Shown piece by piece: positions 48,345 through 54,694 of a stretch of DNA of 54,694 bases; position 1 is the first letter of the stretch; every line of letters begins with the position of its first letter. The position numbers and the translations under genes are program-made. The DNA lies in the NCBI GenBank assembly GCA_964386185.1, contig CAYLRJ010000003.1, positions 1-54,694 on the forward strand. Direction: 5' to 3'. Below the pieces are notes generated by a model. That model had not been told where the DNA came from. It ran no database searches and saw nothing but the letters and a program-made list of their open reading frames with translations. The stretch comes from an uncultured Anaerolineaceae bacterium (GTDB lineage: Bacteria; Chloroflexota; Anaerolineae; Anaerolineales; DRMV01).

Positions 48345-49790
48345 ATGAAACGCAAGATTTTCGCCCTGTTAGGTTTGCTGCTGGTGTTGAGCATGGTTTT
48401 GGTGGCCTGCGGCTCGCAGGAACCCGTCGTGGTCACCAAAGAAGTCAAAGAAGTGGTAACCCAAGTGGTGACGCAAGAAGTGGTGGTTACCCAAGAAGTG
48501 CAGGTCAAACCGACCCACGTGATTGAATTTTGGACGACCGACAACGAAGAAGAACGGGTCAAGCGCTATGAGGAAGTGGCAGCCCGTTACATGGCTGAGC
48601 ATCCGGATGTGGAAATCCGCATCGTGCCCATTGACGAAGCAACCATCAGCCAGCGCATTGCCACCGCGCAAGCGGCCAACCGTTTGCCCGACATTGTGCG
48701 GATGGGCGTTGAGCGCGTGGCTGCCTTTGCCGCCGATGGCATTTTGGATGAAGATTTGGCCACCAAAGCCATTGACGAAATCGGCAAAGACGACTTCCGC
48801 GCCGGCCCGTTGCAGATGGTCACAGACCCCGCGACGGGGAAATACGCCGCCGTGCCCTACGATGGATGGATTCAAGCCATCTGGTACCGCAAAGACATTT
48901 TCGACCAATTAGGGCTGAAGCCGCCGATTACGTGGGATGACATCAACGCGGCGTGCGATCAACTGCCCGGCAAAGACAACCTTCTGTATGCCTTGGTGCT
49001 GCCTACCGACCCCGGGCAAAACTATCCGCATCAGGTATTTGAACAGGTGGCCATGTCGAACGATGCTTGGCCGTTCGACGACCAGGGCAACGTGACCATG
49101 AATTCCCCGAACATGGTCGAAGCCCTGAAGTTCTACACCGGGCTTCAGCGTTGCGCGGCCCCGGGGCCGCAATATTGGCGGGGTGCGCGGGAAATGTACG
49201 AAACCGCACAATCGGGGATGTTGTTCTACTCCACCTACATCATGGATGACCTGGTCGAAGGCTCGGGCATGGAAGGCGGCGGCAAGGTGCAACTTGCAGT
49301 GCCCGACCTGGCCAAGAAGACCGGCTTCGCTCCGGTGATGCAAGGCCCCAACGGTGAAGCCACTTACGGCCAGCTGGTCACCCTGGGCATCATGAAAGGC
49401 GCCGACCCTGTGGCTGTGGACGTGGTCAAGTTTTTCATGACCGACCAAAACTATTTGGACATCTTGGCCTTGGCGCCTTTCGGCAAGGTGCCTGTGCTCA
49501 AGAGCGCTGTGGATGGGTGGAAAGGCTTGAGCGATTACTTCAAGTATTACGACTCCGAAACCCTGGATCAAATTGCCAACGGTTTTGACTACATGCAGCG
49601 CTGGTTGTTCCGCCCAGACTACAACGCGGTGGAACGCGCCGTGATTGGGGATATCGAAGGGCGGTTGCTCATCCCGCAGGTGATTAGCAACATCGCCTTG
49701 GAAGGGAGCATGACCCCCGAAGAAGGCGCCGAGTGGTTGCAGCAGCAAGTGGAACAACTGTACGCGGATCGTCAAAAGCAAAGTCAGTAG
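48345..49790 (+). CDS. Sugar ABC transporter substrate-binding lipoprotein
   Basis: Lipobox LVAC, AANRLPDI, YAAVPYDGWIQAIWYRKD. Confidence 0.9.
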   Translation: MKRKIFALLGLLLVLSMVLVACGSQEPVVVTKEVKEVVTQVVTQEVVVTQEVQVKPTHVIEFWTTDNEEERVKRYEEVAARYMAEHPDVEIRIVPIDEATISQRIATAQAANRLPDIVRMGVERVAAFAADGILDEDLATKAIDEIGKDDFRAGPLQMVTDPATGKYAAVPYDGWIQAIWYRKDIFDQLGLKPPITWDDINAACDQLPGKDNLLYALVLPTDPGQNYPHQVFEQVAMSNDAWPFDDQGNVTMNSPNMVEALKFYTGLQRCAAPGPQYWRGAREMYETAQSGMLFYSTYIMDDLVEGSGMEGGGKVQLAVPDLAKKTGFAPVMQGPNGEATYGQLVTLGIMKGADPVAVDVVKFFMTDQNYLDILALAPFGKVPVLKSAVDGWKGLSDYFKYYDSETLDQIANGFDYMQRWLFRPDYNAVERAVIGDIEGRLLIPQVISNIALEGSMTPEEGAEWLQQQVEQLYADRQKQSQ

Positions 49791-49885
49791 CCCTGCTTGG
49801 TGCGGGGGAGGCGCCTCAAAGCAAGGGGGCGCCTCCCCCTTGGGCGTGATGTTGGCCAACCGCGGCCGCCCTTGTGAGGTGAACC

Positions 49886-50821
49886 ATGAGCGTTTTTTCT
49901 CGCTGGCGTTCCCTGCGGGCTCGCGAAGCCCGCTTGGGGTGGGCATTGCTTTCACCAACCTTGTTGATTGTGTTTGGGTTGGTCTTGTTCCCGGCCTTTT
50001 TCAGCATTTGGATTAGCTTTCACCAGGTCGGTTTGTATAACCTGAACGACGTCTTCCATGCACCTTTTGTGGGGTTGGAAAACTACAAGCGCGTGGTGAC
50101 CGATTTCGCGTTCAAGTATCACAGCCTGGAAAACATGGGCGCCGCGCTCACCAGCATTGTCTATTCGTTTAGCGCGACCGCGCTGGCGCTAATCGGGGGG
50201 TTGATCGCCGCGTTGATCATCAACCGCCCCTTTCGGGGCCGTGGTGTGGTGCGCGCTATTTTCCTCATCCCCTATGTGGCCCCGATTGTGAGCGTGGCGT
50301 TTGTATGGCGTTGGATTTTAGACCCTCGCCCTTCAGGGGTGGTCAACGACATCTTGCTCCGTTTAGGAGTGATTGACGCACCCATGGCCTACCTTTCTCA
50401 ACGCGGCTTGGCCCTCATCATGGTGATTTTGCTCGACGCGTGGCGTTATTTCCCCTTTGCCATGTTGATGGTGTTGGCGCGCTTGCAAGCCATTGACCAA
50501 AGCCTCTATGAGGCCGCAGAAGTGGATGGCGCAAACACTTTGGAGCGTTTCCGCTACATCACCTTGCCTGAAATTCGCTACGTCTTGGGCGCAGTGTTTT
50601 TGCTGCGCTTGATTTGGACCTTCAACAAGTTTGACGACATCTTCCTCTTGACTGGCGGCGGCTTTGGCACCAAGGTCTTGCCTATTTTGATTTACGAGTT
50701 TAGTTTTCGGATGCGCGATTTTGGCCGTGGTGCCGCAGCAGCGATGATTTTGATTGCCTTTTTGGTGGTGTTTATCGTGCTTTATTTGCGTTTTGTGATG
50801 CGTTCCGAAGAAGAAGCCTGA
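49886..50821 (+). CDS. Sugar ABC permease (MalF-like)
   Basis: AW...PFAMLMVLARLQAIDQSLYEAAEVDGAN..RF..ITLP (EAA motif). Confidence 0.93.
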   Translation: MSVFSRWRSLRAREARLGWALLSPTLLIVFGLVLFPAFFSIWISFHQVGLYNLNDVFHAPFVGLENYKRVVTDFAFKYHSLENMGAALTSIVYSFSATALALIGGLIAALIINRPFRGRGVVRAIFLIPYVAPIVSVAFVWRWILDPRPSGVVNDILLRLGVIDAPMAYLSQRGLALIMVILLDAWRYFPFAMLMVLARLQAIDQSLYEAAEVDGANTLERFRYITLPEIRYVLGAVFLLRLIWTFNKFDDIFLLTGGGFGTKVLPILIYEFSFRMRDFGRGAAAAMILIAFLVVFIVLYLRFVMRSEEEA

Positions 50822-50834
50822 GGAGCAACAGACC

Positions 50835-51749
50835 ATGACCGTGACAAGCCCTTCCCCCCGACGCGGCAACGTCTTGGATTACCTCGCCCGTCGTTTGAAT
50901 TTGTGGCAATTGCTTTGGCTCATTGGCTTGACGTTTTTCTTGGTGGGGGTGTTGTTCCCCTTTTATTGGATGGTCTCTTCCTCGTTCAAGAGCCAAGCCG
51001 AAATCGCGGGACGTCACCCCGTGTATGTGCCTCACAGCCTGCGGCTGGATGCTTATAAAGAGCTGTTTGACCCCAACGCTCCGCATTATCAAGACTTTGG
51101 CAAAAACATCGTCAACAGCATTCGGGTGTCGGTGCCGACGGCTTTGATTGCCGTCGTGTTGAGCGTTTTAGGCGCGTACGCCATTGCCCGCTTGCGTTTT
51201 CGAGGCAAGGAATTGATGCTCAATGGTGTGTTGGCTGTGTATCTCATCCCGGGGGTGTTGTTGATTATTCCGCTTTTTGCCATGCTGGCCAAAGCGGGGG
51301 ATGCTTTGGGGTTTGAAGTGCAAGATAACCTGAGCGTTTTGGTGGTGACGTATTTGGCCCAAACCCTGCCGGTGGCATTGTATATGCTGACCAATTATTT
51401 TCGGACCATTCCCGACGAAATTGAGCAAGCCGCATTGATTGATGGATGCAATCGGATGGAAGTGATTTGGCGGGTGACGCTTCCCCTTTCTATCCCTGCC
51501 ATTGTGTCGGTGTTTGTTTACACTTTTATGATTGCTTGGAATGAATTTCTGTATGCGTTTGTGTTTCTCAACGACCGCGATCTGTTTACGATGCCCATCA
51601 AAATTCAAGCCATTTATAGCGACCCCAGCCCTCGTCCCCATGTGGTCATGGCGGCTTCGACGATTATGACCGTGCCAGTGGTGTTGCTCTTTTTGACTTT
51701 GGAGCGTTTTCTGGAGCAAGGTCTGACGGCCGGGGGCGTCAAGGGCTGA
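50835..51749 (+). CDS. Sugar ABC permease (MalG-like)
   Basis: IPDEIEQAALIDGCN, IAWNEFLYA, MAASTIMTVP, GLTAGGVKG. Confidence 0.93.
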   Translation: MTVTSPSPRRGNVLDYLARRLNLWQLLWLIGLTFFLVGVLFPFYWMVSSSFKSQAEIAGRHPVYVPHSLRLDAYKELFDPNAPHYQDFGKNIVNSIRVSVPTALIAVVLSVLGAYAIARLRFRGKELMLNGVLAVYLIPGVLLIIPLFAMLAKAGDALGFEVQDNLSVLVVTYLAQTLPVALYMLTNYFRTIPDEIEQAALIDGCNRMEVIWRVTLPLSIPAIVSVFVYTFMIAWNEFLYAFVFLNDRDLFTMPIKIQAIYSDPSPRPHVVMAASTIMTVPVVLLFLTLERFLEQGLTAGGVKG

Positions 51750-51850
51750 TGGCGCGATGTCACAGGATGCTGAGATGCGCGGGGCTGCGTTCCCTGTGGA
51801 AGCGGTAGCCTGGGGGAATTCGCTGCCTCGCGGCAAGAAGGCCGACGCAT

Positions 51851-51878
51851 GCAGCCCCGCCTGAGATGGCGGGGCTGT
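51851..51878. terminator. Hairpin between the convergent ABC and parB units
   Basis: GCAGCCCCGCC-TGAGAT-GGCGGGGCTGT; no strong T tract. Confidence 0.55.
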
Positions 51879-51928
51879 GGCTTTTGATGGCAAGCAGCGG
51901 CTGGTTGGCTTGGGCGCAAGTTGGTTGA

Positions 51929-52795
51929 TTAGAGGGCGTCTTCGACCCCCAAACGGCGGAGCAGCGCTTCCAGCTCTTCATCCGAATAGTAGTAGATGGT
52001 GAGGCTTCCGCCTTTGCGGGTGTGCGTCAGGCGCACTTTGGTGCCCAACGCGCTTTCCAGGCGGGTTTCCAGCGCGCGCACTTCTGGCGCGGGGGCGGGT
52101 TTGGGCTTGACCGCGGGGCGTTCACCGTTGAGCCTGCGGACCAGGGCTTCGGTTTGGCGCACGGTGAGCCCCAGGTTTTCCACGGTGTGGAGCGCCGCGG
52201 CTTGGGCCTGATGCGAGGCCAGGCCCAGCAGCGCTCTGGCGTGGCCTTCGCTGATGCGGCCTTCTAAGAGGGCGGCGCGCACTTCGGGGGCCAGTTTGAG
52301 CAGGCGGAGGGTGTTGCTCACCGCGGCGCGGCTCTTGCCCACCCGTTGCGCGATTTCCTCGTGCGAAAGCCCAAACACTTCGTGGAGTTGGCGGTAGGCT
52401 TCGGCGGTTTCCAAGGGGTTGAGGTCTGCCCGTTGGATGTTTTCGATGAGCGCCAGCTCCAACAACTGTTGTTCGCTGGCCTCGCGAATGATGGCCGGCA
52501 CTTGGGTAAGCCCGGCTTGCTGCGCGGCCTGCCAGCGCCGTTCGCCAGCGATGAGGATGTAGCCCTCGCCTTTGGGGTCGCGCGCCAACACCAGGGGCTG
52601 GATGACGCCATGCTCGCGGATGGATGCGGCGAGCTCGGCCAGCGCTTCAGGGTCCATGCGGCTGCGCGGCTGGCGGGGGTTAGGGCGGATGGCATCCACG
52701 GGCACGTGCGCGACCCGATCGCCGGGGAGGTGGCTTTCTCCACCGGGGATGAGGGCGTCGAGCCCTTTGCCAAGGCCAGAGCGTTTGCGGGGCAT
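51929..52795 (-). CDS. parB: Chromosome partitioning protein ParB/Spo0J
   Basis: GLGKGLDALIP, PNPRQPR, GVIQP, LIAGERRWQAA, ENIQRADLNPLE, VGKSRAAVSNTLRLL. Confidence 0.96.
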   Translation of the reverse strand: MPRKRSGLGKGLDALIPGGESHLPGDRVAHVPVDAIRPNPRQPRSRMDPEALAELAASIREHGVIQPLVLARDPKGEGYILIAGERRWQAAQQAGLTQVPAIIREASEQQLLELALIENIQRADLNPLETAEAYRQLHEVFGLSHEEIAQRVGKSRAAVSNTLRLLKLAPEVRAALLEGRISEGHARALLGLASHQAQAAALHTVENLGLTVRQTEALVRRLNGERPAVKPKPAPAPEVRALETRLESALGTKVRLTHTRKGGSLTIYYYSDEELEALLRRLGVEDAL

Positions 52796-52797
52796 GT

Positions 52798-53613
<816 letters not shown>

Positions 53614-53639
53614 GGGAACTCCGCAATCGTCGGGATGGG

Positions 53640-54461
53640 TTAGGGGAGGGCTTGTTGGATTTCGTCTGCGGTGGGGATGGCCTCAAGGCCAGGGCGTTGC
53701 ACCGAGGCCGCGGCCAGTGCGGTGGCGAAGCGCGCGGCTTCCAATGGGTCGCGGGTGTGATAAAGGCGGATGAAGAATGCCGCGGCGAAGATGTCGCCGG
53801 CGCCGGTGGCGTCCACTTCGGGGGTGGCAGGGGCGGGAATGTGCCGCCGTTCACCCTGCCAGTAGAGGGTAGCGCCTTCGCTGCCGCGGGTGACCACCAG
53901 CACAGGCACGGCCTCGGCCCAGGCTTGGGCGGGGCTTTCATCGCCGCCCAAGTCTTCCAGGCTGAGGACGGCGGCGGTGGCCACTGCCAGCACGGCGGTC
54001 GCGTCTTCCCACGGCGCGGGGGTTACTTCGCCAGTGGCATCCCATTGCCGCAGCCACCCTTGAGGCGTGAGCCCGACGAACCGCCCGCGAAACCGCAAGG
54101 CCAGCGCGGTGGGGATTTCTCGGGCGATGGGCGCGAGGTGGATGATGGGCGCCCGCCGCCAAGCCGCTGGGATGTGTTCCCACGCGAGGGGCTCGGCGCG
54201 GTGCAGGAGGCGCAGCCGCCGGCCGTGGGGGGTGTTTTCCAGCGCAAACGTGGTGGAGGCGGCCGCGGGCACGTTGTGGCAGGCTATGTCGCTCAGCGGC
54301 GTGAGGTCAACGTCGGGGCCGTGAGAGGTGACCATGCCCGCCCGCAGCCCCAGGGCTTGGGCGGTAAGGGTGGCAAAGGCCACGCTGCCGCCCAGCCGCG
54401 GGCCTTGGGGGGTGAGGTCTCGGCTGAGATGGCCAATGGCGAGGTAGTCGGGTGTCAACAC
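53640..54461 (-). CDS. PfkB-family carbohydrate kinase
   Basis: GGSVAFAT, VVTRGSEGA, DATGAGDIFAAAF; start set at GTG 54461 (uncertain). Confidence 0.85.
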   Translation of the reverse strand: MLTPDYLAIGHLSRDLTPQGPRLGGSVAFATLTAQALGLRAGMVTSHGPDVDLTPLSDIACHNVPAAASTTFALENTPHGRRLRLLHRAEPLAWEHIPAAWRRAPIIHLAPIAREIPTALALRFRGRFVGLTPQGWLRQWDATGEVTPAPWEDATAVLAVATAAVLSLEDLGGDESPAQAWAEAVPVLVVTRGSEGATLYWQGERRHIPAPATPEVDATGAGDIFAAAFFIRLYHTRDPLEAARFATALAAASVQRPGLEAIPTADEIQQALP

Positions 54462-54546
54462 ATGAAAATTATACACGATTCGTTTCAGGTGTGGGCAGGC
54501 ACACGCCTTAAAGAGGAAGCGGCCGGCAGGCACCGGCCGCTGAAGG

Positions 54547-54694
54547 TCATTTGCCCAGGCGGGCGCGTTCTTCTTCGACGATGCTTTCGTCCAGCCGTTT
54601 GAACAGCGGTTTGGGCTTGGCAAAGGGGCGGCCGGCTTCCAGGCGTTCGGCTTCCCAGCGGCCGACGGCTTCGCCGGGCAGGTAGCGCAGCACG
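54547..54694 (-). CDS. metG: C-terminal fragment of a probable methionine--tRNA ligase (5' part outside window)
   Basis: Hand translation: VLRYLPGEAVGRWEAERLEAGRPFAKPKPLFKRLDESIVEEERARLGK*; P.PLFK.LD is typical of the end of the MetRS anticodon-binding domain. Confidence 0.65.
   Translation of the reverse strand, partial: VLRYLPGEAVGRWEAERLEAGRPFAKPKPLFKRLDESIVEEERARLGK

Overview
A GC-rich bacterial chromosome segment; protein sequences and gene order point to Chloroflexota, probably Anaerolineae (inference, no database search). 1-17.5 kb: the 3' end of tuf, then the S10-spc-alpha ribosomal protein cluster with secY, adk, map, rpoA, truA, rplM and rpsI. infA is absent, and an internal promoter with a ~260-nt structured leader separates rpsJ from rplC. 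17.8-38.3 kb: mostly cell-envelope genes (YabN/MazG, LysM protein, a sulfotransferase/Wzz-like/O-antigen-ligase-like trio, GT2, a GT-C glycosyltransferase, rodZ-like, rimO, a HAL2-type PAP phosphatase, an ECF sigma/anti-sigma pair). The most unusual element is a three-gene operon at 24.1-27.3 kb: a SipW-type signal peptidase fused to a DUF5305-like domain and a degenerate HD-GYP domain, flanked by two secreted proteins that share an A-Y-x(1-3)-A-Q-N-[TS]-V motif. It is a candidate cyclic-dinucleotide-linked surface fibre or matrix system. 38.4-54.7 kb: SRP RNA, rpsB-tsf-pyrH (no frr), tRNA-Ser(GGA), a tRNA with CAT anticodon, ybaK, a CPA2 antiporter, ruvB, a LacI-regulated sugar ABC operon, parAB, a PfkB-like kinase and the 3' end of a probable metG. 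I saw no CRISPR array, transposase, integrase or rRNA. All calls come from reading motifs by eye. Several starts were adjusted from the ORF track using Shine-Dalgarno (SD) position.
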